64,000 nucleotides of DNA, taken from Anaerolineae bacterium. Its GTDB lineage: Bacteria; Chloroflexota; Anaerolineae; UBA1429. Location of the stretch: the NCBI GenBank assembly GCA_963675785.1, contig OY776562.1, forward strand, positions 2,944,001-3,008,000, given 5' to 3'. The notes beneath the pieces were generated by a model that ran no database searches, was not told where the DNA came from, and saw only the letters and a program-made list of their open reading frames with translations. A program made the translations under genes and the position numbers. Below, piece after piece: positions 1 through 9,155 of the stretch; position 1 is the stretch's first letter, and each line of letters opens with the position of its first letter.

Positions 1-2
1 TT

Positions 3-1259
3 TTGCCTGATAAGGCGATCGACCTTGTCGATGAAGCGGCATCCCGAGTACGCGTTTTCAAACATTTTGAAGGAGAGCGCTCCGAAAGCGAAGATGATTT
101 GCTTTCGCTGGAAACCATCTACCGCCAGGATTCACTACTCGCCTCGTTTGATCAGGGTGAGGATATTAAATTCGAATTCAGCGAGCAGGTTGTGCGTGCT
201 GAAGATATTGCCGAGATTGTCGCCATGTGGACTGGTGTTCCTGTGGCATCCATGGCCGAATCCGAATCCGAACGCTTGTTACATATGGAAGATGAACTCC
301 ACAAGCGGATTGTTGGGCAGGATAGAGCGATCAAGATTCTGGCGCGCGCGGTCCGCCGGGCTCGGGCAGGATTGCGTGATCCGCGTCGCCCCATTGCTTC
401 GCTTATTTTCCTTGGCCCCACTGGCGTAGGCAAGACCGAGCTCTGTAAGGCCTTGGCAGGATTTATGTTTGGCAGCGACGATGCTTTGTTGCAGCTCGAT
501 ATGTCCGAGTTTATGGAAAGGCATACACTCTCTCGGCTCGTAGGTGCGCCTCCTGGGTATGTGGGTTATGATTCTGCTGGCCAGCTTACTGAGGCTGTCC
601 GCCGTCGACCCTATACGGTAGTTTGTTTTGACGAAATCGAAAAGGCCCACCCCGAAGCTTTTAATATGCTTTTGCAGATTATGGAAGAGGGACATCTTTC
701 TGATGCTCGGGGTCGTAAGGTGGATTTTCGTAACACCATCATCATCATGACTTCAAACATCGGCAGTGACGTTATTACCCGGGATGTCTCACTTGGATTC
801 GACACCGCACCAGAGGAACTTGCCGAGCGTCAGCGCTATAGCGATATGAAGGGTAAGCTCCTTACTGAACTAAAGCACTTGGTGCGTCCCGAGTTCTTGA
901 ATCGTGTGGACGATGTTGTCGTCTTTCATCAACTCAGTCGCGATGAAATATCGCAGATTATCGAGATTCAGCTTGCCGAGCTGAATCAGCGACTTGAACC
1001 CATGAATATTCAAGTTTCTTGCAGCGAGGCGGGCCGTGAGGCGTTACTTACCGAGGGGTACGATCCACAGTATGGTGCTCGGCCTATGCGCAGAGCGGTT
1101 CAACGCTTGATCGAAGACCCACTTGCCGAACAAGTTTTGGATGGTGTATTGCGCGCAGGGGATCACGTGCTGGTTGATAGCAAGGATGGCGAAATTATTC
1201 TGCAGCCAAATTATCCTATTACTGAATCCAGTCTTTTGCTATCTGGCGACCGGCAGTAG
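3..1259 (+). CDS. clpC: ATP-dependent Clp protease ATPase subunit (ClpC-like), 5' truncated by window edge
   Basis: PDKAIDLVDEA, D2 Walker A GPTGVGKT, Walker B FDEIEKAH, LVGAPPGYVGY, ClpP-docking LGF loop, YGARPMRR; sits directly before radA. Confidence 0.9.
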   Translation: MPDKAIDLVDEAASRVRVFKHFEGERSESEDDLLSLETIYRQDSLLASFDQGEDIKFEFSEQVVRAEDIAEIVAMWTGVPVASMAESESERLLHMEDELHKRIVGQDRAIKILARAVRRARAGLRDPRRPIASLIFLGPTGVGKTELCKALAGFMFGSDDALLQLDMSEFMERHTLSRLVGAPPGYVGYDSAGQLTEAVRRRPYTVVCFDEIEKAHPEAFNMLLQIMEEGHLSDARGRKVDFRNTIIIMTSNIGSDVITRDVSLGFDTAPEELAERQRYSDMKGKLLTELKHLVRPEFLNRVDDVVVFHQLSRDEISQIIEIQLAELNQRLEPMNIQVSCSEAGREALLTEGYDPQYGARPMRRAVQRLIEDPLAEQVLDGVLRAGDHVLVDSKDGEIILQPNYPITESSLLLSGDRQ

Positions 1260-1264
1260 CGCGC

Positions 1265-2620
1265 ATGGCCAAGCCAAAGACCCGATTTGTGTGTCGGGAA
1301 TGTGGGGCAGAGCAGCCCGGTTGGATGGGGCGCTGCCCCACTTGTGGTGAATGGAACACGCTAGAAGAGGTTATTCCTTCGCCTGGCGTGCGCATCGAAC
1401 GTTCTTTGGCCGGAGGTCAGGTATCCCGATTGGCCGAGATATCTCCCAGCGGGCGTGAACGTATTCAAGTGCCTATCGGCGAGTTTGCCCGTGTACTCGG
1501 AGGTGGGCTTGTGCCGGGCGCTGTGACGTTGTTAAGTGGCGATCCAGGCATTGGCAAATCCACGTTATTGTTACAACTTGCTGCCACCATGTCTGCACAG
1601 GGTCATAAAACACTATATGTTTCTGCTGAGGAATCTGCCCATCAGATCAAGTTACGGGCCGACAGGTTGAGCCTAAAAGCAGACGATCTTTATATCTCTT
1701 CAGAAATATGCATGGATACCATCTTGACCCAGATAGGCGACTTGAAGCCGACCATTGTGGTTGTGGATTCGATTCAAACAGTCTATCTCGAAGACGTATC
1801 GAGTTCTGCTGGCAGCGTGACCCAAGTTCGGGAGTGTGCAGCCGCTCTAGTCCGAGCCGCAAAAACAATGGATATGGCGGTGTTTCTGGTGGGCCATGTG
1901 ACCAAAGCTGGTAGTATTGCCGGTCCACGGCTCCTGGAGCATATTGTGGATACAGTGTTGTATATGGAGGGAGAACGGTTTCACGCCTACCGTTTACTGC
2001 GCAGCGTCAAGAATCGCTTCGGTTCCACAGATGAAGTTGGCGTTTTTGAAATGCGCGAAGAGGGTATGGTAGAAGTGCCCAATCCCTCGCAGGTTTTTCT
2101 CGAGGAAAGGCTCGGACGGGCGACGGGCTCGGCGATTGCTGTAACTATGGAAGGAACCCGCCCCCTTTTGGTAGAAGTTCAAGCGTTGGCTAGTACGTCG
2201 AATCTCCCCCACCCTCGACGTACTGCGAACGGTTTTGATATTAATCGTGTGCTTCTATTGGCGGCTGTATTGGCCAAGCGAGTGGGTCTTGGACTGAACG
2301 ATCAAGACATCTTTGTAAACATTGTCGGCGGATTGCGAGTGGGTGAACCCGCAGTGGATCTCCCAGCAGCTGTGGCCATGGCGTCTAGCCATTACAATCG
2401 CCCCGTTCGCGAGGGATTGGCCATGTTTGGCGAGGTTGGCTTGTCGGGTGAATTGCGCAGTGTTGGCCAGAGCGAACGTCGTATTAACGAGGCACGAAAA
2501 CTAGGTTTCGACCATATTCTCATGCCGCCTATCCGGAACAGTTCTACAAAGACTGATGGTGTCGCTATTCTGGGAGTGCGAACTCTGGCAGAGGCTGTTG
2601 ATTTGGCTTTGCAAAAATAG
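1265..2620 (+). CDS. radA: DNA repair protein RadA/Sms
   Basis: N-terminal C4 zinc finger, GDPGIGKS, KNRFG motif, Lon-like C-terminus. Confidence 0.97.
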   Translation: MAKPKTRFVCRECGAEQPGWMGRCPTCGEWNTLEEVIPSPGVRIERSLAGGQVSRLAEISPSGRERIQVPIGEFARVLGGGLVPGAVTLLSGDPGIGKSTLLLQLAATMSAQGHKTLYVSAEESAHQIKLRADRLSLKADDLYISSEICMDTILTQIGDLKPTIVVVDSIQTVYLEDVSSSAGSVTQVRECAAALVRAAKTMDMAVFLVGHVTKAGSIAGPRLLEHIVDTVLYMEGERFHAYRLLRSVKNRFGSTDEVGVFEMREEGMVEVPNPSQVFLEERLGRATGSAIAVTMEGTRPLLVEVQALASTSNLPHPRRTANGFDINRVLLLAAVLAKRVGLGLNDQDIFVNIVGGLRVGEPAVDLPAAVAMASSHYNRPVREGLAMFGEVGLSGELRSVGQSERRINEARKLGFDHILMPPIRNSSTKTDGVAILGVRTLAEAVDLALQK

Positions 2621-2683
2621 TTTTATCTTTTGTTCTCTTGGTGCATTCATATCATTTATCCAACAGTCATCTGGAGGATCAGG

Positions 2684-3739
2684 TTGTCCCTTTCAATCAT
2701 CATTCGAATTGTTGTTGTTATCATCAGTGGGGCGATCGCCTGGGAGATCGGGGTTCTGACGCCGCATGTGGCCGCCTTTATCGGAATGGGCATCGAGTTC
2801 TACGAGGCTATTCTGGCTCTTGTTGGCGCGGTCCTGGGATTTGTACTTGCTCCCCATCTCACTACCAAGCCGTTCAGAGCCGTCTATGACCGACTTGCAA
2901 GTACGCCGGTGCGGGTGTTAATCCAATCCACCATCGGCATGGTCATCGGCTTTTTGATGGGTGCTTTATTGGCCGGCCCACTTGGGAGATTACCAGGCAT
3001 TATCGGGCAGATTCTTCCCGGCATGGCTGCCTTGCTCTTGGGCTTTATCGGCGCGCGTATCGGCAGCCAGCGAGGCGATGAGGTTTTGGCTGTACTAGGG
3101 CTAAAGATGATCGAGTCCACCGAAAAGCGGCATGTGGTACTGTTGGATACAAGTGTCATTATTGATGGGCGAATTGCCGATATCGCCCGAAGCGGGTTCA
3201 TCCGTGAGATCATGATTGTGCCCCGGTTTGTGCTCAATGAACTCCAGTATGTGGCCGATTCGGCTGATGTACTTCGCCGTAACCGTGGTCGACGAGGGTT
3301 GGATGTGCTCAACCGCCTTGAAAAAGCCCCGGCTGTGTCGCTAGAGATCAGTGAAGAGATTATTGACGAGGTGGACGAAGTGGATTCCAAGCTGGTAACC
3401 CTGGCTCGACGCCTCGATTGTCCGATACTGACGAACGACTATAATCTTAACCGCATTGCCGAGCTTCAACATGTTCAGGTGCTCAATATTAATGAACTGG
3501 CCAACGCCGTCAAGGTTATTGTCCTGCCAGGCGAATCTCTTGAAGTTACCGTGATTCAAGAAGGCAAGGAAGTTGGACAAGGCGTAGGATACCTGGATGA
3601 TGGGACGATGATTGTTGTTGAGGATGGCAGGCGGCTCATTGGCCGCACTGTATCTATCAGCGTGACGCGCGTTCTGCAGACGGTCGCCGGAAGAATGATC
3701 TTTGGTCAGCCGGGTGCCGATTCAGCGACGCAGGATTAG
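2684..3739 (+). CDS. Membrane-anchored PIN/TRAM domain protein (YacL-like)
   Basis: N-terminal TM helices, LLDTSVIIDGRI PIN motif, TNDYNL, GKEVGQGVGYLDDGTM TRAM domain; TTG start at 2684 after GGAGG. Confidence 0.9.
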   Translation: MSLSIIIRIVVVIISGAIAWEIGVLTPHVAAFIGMGIEFYEAILALVGAVLGFVLAPHLTTKPFRAVYDRLASTPVRVLIQSTIGMVIGFLMGALLAGPLGRLPGIIGQILPGMAALLLGFIGARIGSQRGDEVLAVLGLKMIESTEKRHVVLLDTSVIIDGRIADIARSGFIREIMIVPRFVLNELQYVADSADVLRRNRGRRGLDVLNRLEKAPAVSLEISEEIIDEVDEVDSKLVTLARRLDCPILTNDYNLNRIAELQHVQVLNINELANAVKVIVLPGESLEVTVIQEGKEVGQGVGYLDDGTMIVVEDGRRLIGRTVSISVTRVLQTVAGRMIFGQPGADSATQD

Positions 3740-3743
3740 TGGA

Positions 3744-3882
3744 ATGACTCAGTTTGAGATCAGCGCCGTGCAGAATTGCGGCAAAAGTACAACGCTACAG
3801 TGCGTTTGTATCAAGGGGTACAGCCTATAAGCTGTGCCCCGTATCGGCTTGCCGCCATTCGAGTCTAGTTCTTGGGAGTCAT
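3744..3882 (+). promoter_or_regulatory. Structured 5' leader of cysS (candidate cis-regulatory RNA)
   Basis: Nested complementary segments 3778-3784/3849-3855, 3788-3795/3802-3810, 3815-3824/3831-3840 and 3744-3750/3876-3882 (the last overlaps the SD). Confidence 0.45.
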
Positions 3883-3885
3883 AAC

Positions 3886-5331
3886 ATGACGCTGTATGTT
3901 TACAATACGCTGATACGAGAAAAACAAGAGTTTGTGCCCCTACACCCCGGGCGTGTGCATATGTACGTCTGCGGCCCTACGGTCTATAACGACAGCCACC
4001 TTGGCCACGGCAAGACATATATTAATTTTGATACTGTTGTGCGCTATCTGCGTTATCTTGGTTATCAGGTTGTGTATGTTCAAAACATCACGGATGTAGG
4101 TCACCTCCTTGATTCGGGCGAAGACCGCATGCTCAAGGGAGCCCTCCGTGAGCATAAGCATCCCATGGCTATTGCCGAAACCTATACGCAGCGCTATTTC
4201 AGTGATATGGATCGGCTTAATGTACTCAGGCCGGATATTTCGCCGCGCGCCACTGGGCATGTCCCCGAAATGATTGAGATGATCGAAACCTTGATCGAAA
4301 AGGGCTATGCCTACGAAATGAATGGTTCGGTCTACTTTAGCGTGCGTAGCGATCCGGACTATGGCAAACTTTCAGGGCGCCACGTTGATAATATGATGAG
4401 CGGCACTCGGGTTGAGACTCGCGATGAAAAACGGGATCCAGAGGACTTTGCGCTTTGGAAAAAGGCCGAGCCCGAGCACATCATGCGATGGAAAAGCCCC
4501 TGGGGCGAGGGGTTCCCTGGTTGGCACATCGAATGCTCGGCTATGTCTTCCAAGTACTTGGGATTACCCTTTGATATTCACGGCGGCGGTGTGGAGAACA
4601 AGTTCCCCCATCACGAATGCGAGATTGCTCAAGCTGAATGCGCCACTGGCAAGGATTTTGCCCGCTACTGGCTGCATAACGGCATGCTCATGATTCGCGG
4701 CGAAGAGATGCACAAATCCTTGGGAAACTATGTCACTCTGGAGAAAGCATTTGAACGCTGGGATCCCATGGTCATCCGCTTTTTTGTGCTGCAAAGTCAC
4801 TATCGCGGGCCTATTGATTTGACCGAAGACGCCATAGAGGCCGCTGGCAAAGGACTAGATCGTTTGCTCAAGTCAGTTGGCGCGGTGCGCAAAGCCATGG
4901 CGGATGCGCCCGAGGGTGCTGCAAGTGACGCTGTTCTGGAGATGCTGATAGCCACCAGGGCCGAGTTTGAGCGCAGCATGGACGATGATTTCAACACTGC
5001 TGGGGCAACAGCAGCCCTCTTTGAGCTGAGCCGTCAGGTCAATGTGCTTTTTGCAGAGAGCGACATTGTTACACAGAGTTCTCTCCAAGAGATCGACAAT
5101 CTTTTTACCCTTTTACTCGAGAATGTACTGGGTATTCGTTTGGATAACCTCAAGGATAACAGCCTGGGCGAAAGTCTGGCATCCGGATTGATGGACTTGC
5201 TTATTGAGACGCGTGCGGCGCTGCGCCAGGAACGCCAGTGGGCTATGTCCGATAAGATTCGCGATGGTTTGGATTCGCTCGGCGTGGAGTTGGGAGATGG
5301 CCCAGAGGGGACGACCTGGTCGATCCGCTAG
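3886..5331 (+). CDS. cysS: Cysteine--tRNA ligase
   Basis: YVCGPTVY, HLGH, DFALWK, PGWHIECSAM, HHECE, EMHKSLGN; ATG at 3886 after GGGAG. Confidence 0.97.
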   Translation: MTLYVYNTLIREKQEFVPLHPGRVHMYVCGPTVYNDSHLGHGKTYINFDTVVRYLRYLGYQVVYVQNITDVGHLLDSGEDRMLKGALREHKHPMAIAETYTQRYFSDMDRLNVLRPDISPRATGHVPEMIEMIETLIEKGYAYEMNGSVYFSVRSDPDYGKLSGRHVDNMMSGTRVETRDEKRDPEDFALWKKAEPEHIMRWKSPWGEGFPGWHIECSAMSSKYLGLPFDIHGGGVENKFPHHECEIAQAECATGKDFARYWLHNGMLMIRGEEMHKSLGNYVTLEKAFERWDPMVIRFFVLQSHYRGPIDLTEDAIEAAGKGLDRLLKSVGAVRKAMADAPEGAASDAVLEMLIATRAEFERSMDDDFNTAGATAALFELSRQVNVLFAESDIVTQSSLQEIDNLFTLLLENVLGIRLDNLKDNSLGESLASGLMDLLIETRAALRQERQWAMSDKIRDGLDSLGVELGDGPEGTTWSIR

Positions 5332-6094
5332 TCGTGGCCAGCAACCAGTTGAATATCTTGCTGGACGAAACTCAGTGCGTGAAGCACTGTTCGCCAGGAG
5401 AAGAGCCATCCAGCGGGTGATTGTCGCTCATGGAACCGAAGCCAGTGGAACTCTGGGCGATATCCTTGCGTTAGCTGAGGAAGGCGATATAACGGTCGAG
5501 TATGATGACCGAAATCGCCTGGACCAGCTTTCGGAAGGTGTCTATCATCAGGGTGTTGTGGCAGAAACCAGCTCTTATCCATACGTTGAACTGGATGATT
5601 GCCTGGCCCGTGCCAGCGAACTGAACGAGATGCCCTTTTTGCTGGCCCTGGACTCTGTTCAGGACCCACAAAACGTCGGTTCTCTGTTGCGCACGGCAGA
5701 AGCTGTGGGGGTTCACGGGGTTATCATTCCAGGGCGCCGTAGCGCTAGCATTACGCCAGCTGTCAGTCGAGCTTCGGTCGGCGCGGTAGAGCATTTGCTC
5801 ATTGCAAATGTTACGAATCTGACGCGGACGCTCAACGCGCTCAAGGCTCAGAACCTCTGGGTTGTTGGTATCGAGGGGCTTGCTGAGGCTCAAGAGTACG
5901 ATACGGTAGATTTGGCCATGCCTCTAGTGCTTGTATTAGGTAGCGAGGGGCAGGGCATGGGCCGCCTGGTTTCTGAGACATGTGATATCCTGGTGCGTTT
6001 GCCCATGCGTGGTCAGGTGACTTCGCTCAACGTATCAGTGGCCGGTTCGATCGTACTTTATCGTGCGCTTGAAATGCGCCAGGCTCATAAATAG
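5297..6094 (+). CDS. rlmB: 23S rRNA (Gm2251) 2'-O-methyltransferase, SpoU family
   Basis: DPQNVGSLLRTA, LGSEGQG, SLNVSVA SPOUT motifs; follows cysS; ATG at 5297 after GGGAG. Confidence 0.93.
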   Translation: MAQRGRPGRSASRGQQPVEYLAGRNSVREALFARRRAIQRVIVAHGTEASGTLGDILALAEEGDITVEYDDRNRLDQLSEGVYHQGVVAETSSYPYVELDDCLARASELNEMPFLLALDSVQDPQNVGSLLRTAEAVGVHGVIIPGRRSASITPAVSRASVGAVEHLLIANVTNLTRTLNALKAQNLWVVGIEGLAEAQEYDTVDLAMPLVLVLGSEGQGMGRLVSETCDILVRLPMRGQVTSLNVSVAGSIVLYRALEMRQAHK

Positions 6095-6153
6095 GCAATT
6101 CAATGAGCTCGACACAGCGATGCGTATAAAAGCAGAGTAAGAGGAAAAACGGG

Positions 6154-7068
6154 ATGAAAGTACTTGTGACAGGTGGTGCAGGCTTTATTGGTTCACATGT
6201 GGTGGATGCATGTTTAGGCGCTGGCCATGATGTGGTCATCATTGATGATCTCTCCACAGGTAAGCAAAGCAACGTCAATGCGAATGCGCGGCTATATGTG
6301 GCCGATATTCGCGATGCGGCGGCCGTCGATAATGTTCTAGCGGCTGAAAGGCCGGATGCTATCTGTCATCTTGCTGCAAAAGCGAATGTGCGTGAGTCGA
6401 TGGAAAAGCCTGTGCTGTATGCTGAGGTGAATATCATCGGCTCTTTGAACCTGCTAGAGGCAGCTCGCAAGTATGGCGTGAAAAAGATCGTCTACGCTTC
6501 GACGGGCGGCGCCGTTTACGGTGAGCCCGAATATTTCCCGGTAGATGAAAAACACCCGGTGAATCCCCTGGATTGTTATGGCGCCAGCAAACACCAAGTA
6601 GAGCACTATTTATTCATTTACAAAAAGAGCTACGGACTGGATTACACCGTTCTGCGCTTTCCCAATGTCTATGGCCCACGACAAGACCCCTATGGCGAGG
6701 CCGGCGTGGTTGCTATTTGGACGGCTCAGATGATGGCGGGTCAACAGCCTGTCATTAACGGCACAGGCGAGCAGGTACGCGACTTTGTGTACGTTGGCGA
6801 TATTGCCCGGGCCAATGTGTTGGCACTCAAAGCAGGTTCTGGCGAGATTATCAACCTGGGAGCAGGCATTGGCACCTCTATCAACGAGGTCTTTTACGCG
6901 CTCCAAGAAGCTACCGGGGCAGCATGCGAAGAAAAACATGCCCCGGCCAAACTAGGCGAAGTGTTCAAGATATATTTGGATGCATCCAAAGCCAAGGAAC
7001 TGCTTGATTGGGAGCCACAAGTGCTGCTGAAAGATGGCATTCAACGTACGGTAGAGTATTTCAGATAG
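6154..7068 (+). CDS. NAD-dependent nucleotide-sugar epimerase (UDP-glucose 4-epimerase-like)
   Basis: TGGAGFIG, YGASK (YxxxK), NVYGPRQ, RDFVYV. Confidence 0.9.
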   Translation: MKVLVTGGAGFIGSHVVDACLGAGHDVVIIDDLSTGKQSNVNANARLYVADIRDAAAVDNVLAAERPDAICHLAAKANVRESMEKPVLYAEVNIIGSLNLLEAARKYGVKKIVYASTGGAVYGEPEYFPVDEKHPVNPLDCYGASKHQVEHYLFIYKKSYGLDYTVLRFPNVYGPRQDPYGEAGVVAIWTAQMMAGQQPVINGTGEQVRDFVYVGDIARANVLALKAGSGEIINLGAGIGTSINEVFYALQEATGAACEEKHAPAKLGEVFKIYLDASKAKELLDWEPQVLLKDGIQRTVEYFR

Positions 7069-7080
7069 ACTTTATCCAAG

Positions 7081-7108
7081 AGCGGCCCGAACACTCGGGC
7101 CGCTTTTA
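7081..7108 (+). terminator. Intrinsic terminator
   Basis: AGCGGCCCGA-acac-TCGGGCCGCT followed by TTT. Confidence 0.8.
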
Positions 7109-7230
7109 ATTCTTACAAACATGAAAGCTTGTAAAGCCTGGACATTCGTAAGCCAGTTCGTTAGAATGCGACCATGTTATACTTTTATTCGTACAGCAAC
7201 TAACGGCATTCATCCGTCAGGGAGTATTTT

Positions 7231-8409
7231 ATGAAGGATATCTTTGAAAAGTGTTGGGAATACACTCGCGCTGACGAAGCAAAGGCGAGTGGTGATTATC
7301 CCTATTTTATTCCTCTCGAAGACACTGAAGGCACCGAAGTGGTCGTCCAGGGCAAACACATGATCATGATAGGTTCCAACAACTATCTTGGTCTGACCAC
7401 ACACCCGCGTGTACGCGAGGCGGCCATGGAGGCTCTCAAACGTTACGGCCCGGGCTGCACGGGATCTCGCTTTCTCAACGGTAACTTGGCCTTGCATAAT
7501 CAGCTAGAAGAAGAACTGGCTGCCTTTATTGGCAAAGAGGCGGGTTTGGTATTCAGCACAGGAATGCAAACCAACATGGGCACGATTTCTGCTCTTGTAG
7601 GGCGTGGCGACGTGGTGGTGACCGATCGTGAGGATCATGCCAGCATCATCGATGGCTGTCGCCTTGGTTATGGCGAGATGAAGCGCTATCGGCATAACGA
7701 TATAGAGCACCTGGATGCTGTGCTATCTGGTATTGGAGATAAACCAACACTGGTGGTAGTAGATGGCATCTTTAGCATGGGCGGGGATATAGCACCGTTG
7801 CCCGCCATTGTTGAGGTTTGCAAAAAGCATGGTGCACGCTTGATGGTAGATGATGCACACTCGCTAGGTGTGTTGGCCGGTGGGCGTGGCACTGCTGCTC
7901 ACTTTGGTCTGACTGATGAGGTCGATATCACCATGGGCACCTTTAGCAAGTCTTTTGCATCCATCGGTGGCGTTATTGCTGCTGATAAAAAAGTGATTGA
8001 TTATATCAAGCATAATGGCCGTGCACTCATCTTTAGCGCCAGCATCCCGGCGGCAAGTGCAGCGACCGTTCTGGCTGCTTTGCATGTACTGCAAGAAGAA
8101 CCTGAGCGTGCCGAACGGGTGATGCAGATTGGCGAAAAGATGCGCCAGGGCTATCGTTCCATGGGCTTTAATGTGGGAGCTAGCGAGACGCCTATCGTGC
8201 CTATTTTCATTGGCGATGATAAAAAGACCTTTGCTATGTGGCATGCTCTGTTTGATGCGGGCGTATACGTGAATCCTGTGGTTCCGCCGGCGGTTCCGCC
8301 CGAGATGTCGTTGCTGCGTACCAGCTATATGGCTACTCATACCGATGAACAGCTCGATCGTGTGCTCGACATATTTGGCGACTGTGGTAGAAAAGTGGGT
8401 TTGATCTAA
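7231..8409 (+). CDS. PLP-dependent alpha-oxoamine synthase (serine palmitoyltransferase / AONS family)
   Basis: GSNNYLGL, GSRFLNG, DHASI, DDAHS, GTFSKS (PLP lysine), FSAS. Confidence 0.88.
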   Translation: MKDIFEKCWEYTRADEAKASGDYPYFIPLEDTEGTEVVVQGKHMIMIGSNNYLGLTTHPRVREAAMEALKRYGPGCTGSRFLNGNLALHNQLEEELAAFIGKEAGLVFSTGMQTNMGTISALVGRGDVVVTDREDHASIIDGCRLGYGEMKRYRHNDIEHLDAVLSGIGDKPTLVVVDGIFSMGGDIAPLPAIVEVCKKHGARLMVDDAHSLGVLAGGRGTAAHFGLTDEVDITMGTFSKSFASIGGVIAADKKVIDYIKHNGRALIFSASIPAASAATVLAALHVLQEEPERAERVMQIGEKMRQGYRSMGFNVGASETPIVPIFIGDDKKTFAMWHALFDAGVYVNPVVPPAVPPEMSLLRTSYMATHTDEQLDRVLDIFGDCGRKVGLI

Positions 8410-8420
8410 TCCCTGTAGCT

Positions 8421-8468
8421 AAACGGGGAGCGCTCAGCATTTGATGCTGTAGCACTCCCCGTTTTCTT
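8421..8468. terminator. Probable bidirectional terminator between convergent genes
   Basis: AAACGGGGAG...CTCCCCGTTT outer stem, inner CAGCAT/ATGCTG stem, T-tract downstream. Confidence 0.7.
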
Positions 8469-8477
8469 GTTTATGGA

Positions 8478-9140
8478 CTATTGATTGACCAAAAGACCCT
8501 GAATGCCGCTATCAAGTGCAATCATCAGCGACTCTATGGTCCAGGCCGGTTTTAGCCAGAGTTGTGTAGGTAGCTCTTCGTTTGCATATAGCTGCACACC
8601 GGGAAAGGCCAGCATTTGAGAAAGCTCGAGCTGTTTTGCCGCTAATACCCTCCGAACAAGGCCTGTGGGGATAGCCAACAATCCTAGGATATCCCTTGGC
8701 AGGGGCGTTTGGTTGAGATGAGCTAGGTATGTGGCGATGATTAATGTCTCAGCTAAAATGTTTTCCTGGCGATGCAGATTCTTACTAATGGTCAGCAAAG
8801 CGGGAGTGGGCTCTGTGCTTGTTTCAAAAGAGCTGACGGTGACGACTTTATGTTCGTATACCGCGCAGGTATGTTCGGCGTTGATGATCTCGACGGAACA
8901 CCCCACTTCTTCGAGGGCCTCACGTCGGAGAGTTTGCAAAAGAGTTTCTCCCGGCTCGATCGAGCCGCCAATAGCCCCCAGAGGTGCTATCAAGTCGCCA
9001 TCGATAACCTGCCAGTGCTTGCGTTTGCCTATCTCTATGTAAAAGTAATCATTGCTATGCAGCAACGCCGAAGCGCCTGTATACGCCCAAGAAGCTTTAC
9101 CACAGAGCTTTGAGATAACTTGGTCTAATGTGTTGGTCAT
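8478..9140 (-). CDS. NUDIX hydrolase
   Basis: Nudix box GGSIEPGETLLQTLRREALEEVG. Confidence 0.8.
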   Translation of the reverse strand: MTNTLDQVISKLCGKASWAYTGASALLHSNDYFYIEIGKRKHWQVIDGDLIAPLGAIGGSIEPGETLLQTLRREALEEVGCSVEIINAEHTCAVYEHKVVTVSSFETSTEPTPALLTISKNLHRQENILAETLIIATYLAHLNQTPLPRDILGLLAIPTGLVRRVLAAKQLELSQMLAFPGVQLYANEELPTQLWLKPAWTIESLMIALDSGIQGLLVNQ

Positions 9141-9155
9141 GTTTGATCTGCAGTT

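Noticed and set aside
3740-3885. T-box or c-di-GMP riboswitch upstream of cysS
   Set aside because: No GGTGGNACC T-box or stem-I motifs, and no GEMM consensus beyond GGCAAA; kept as an unknown structured leader.
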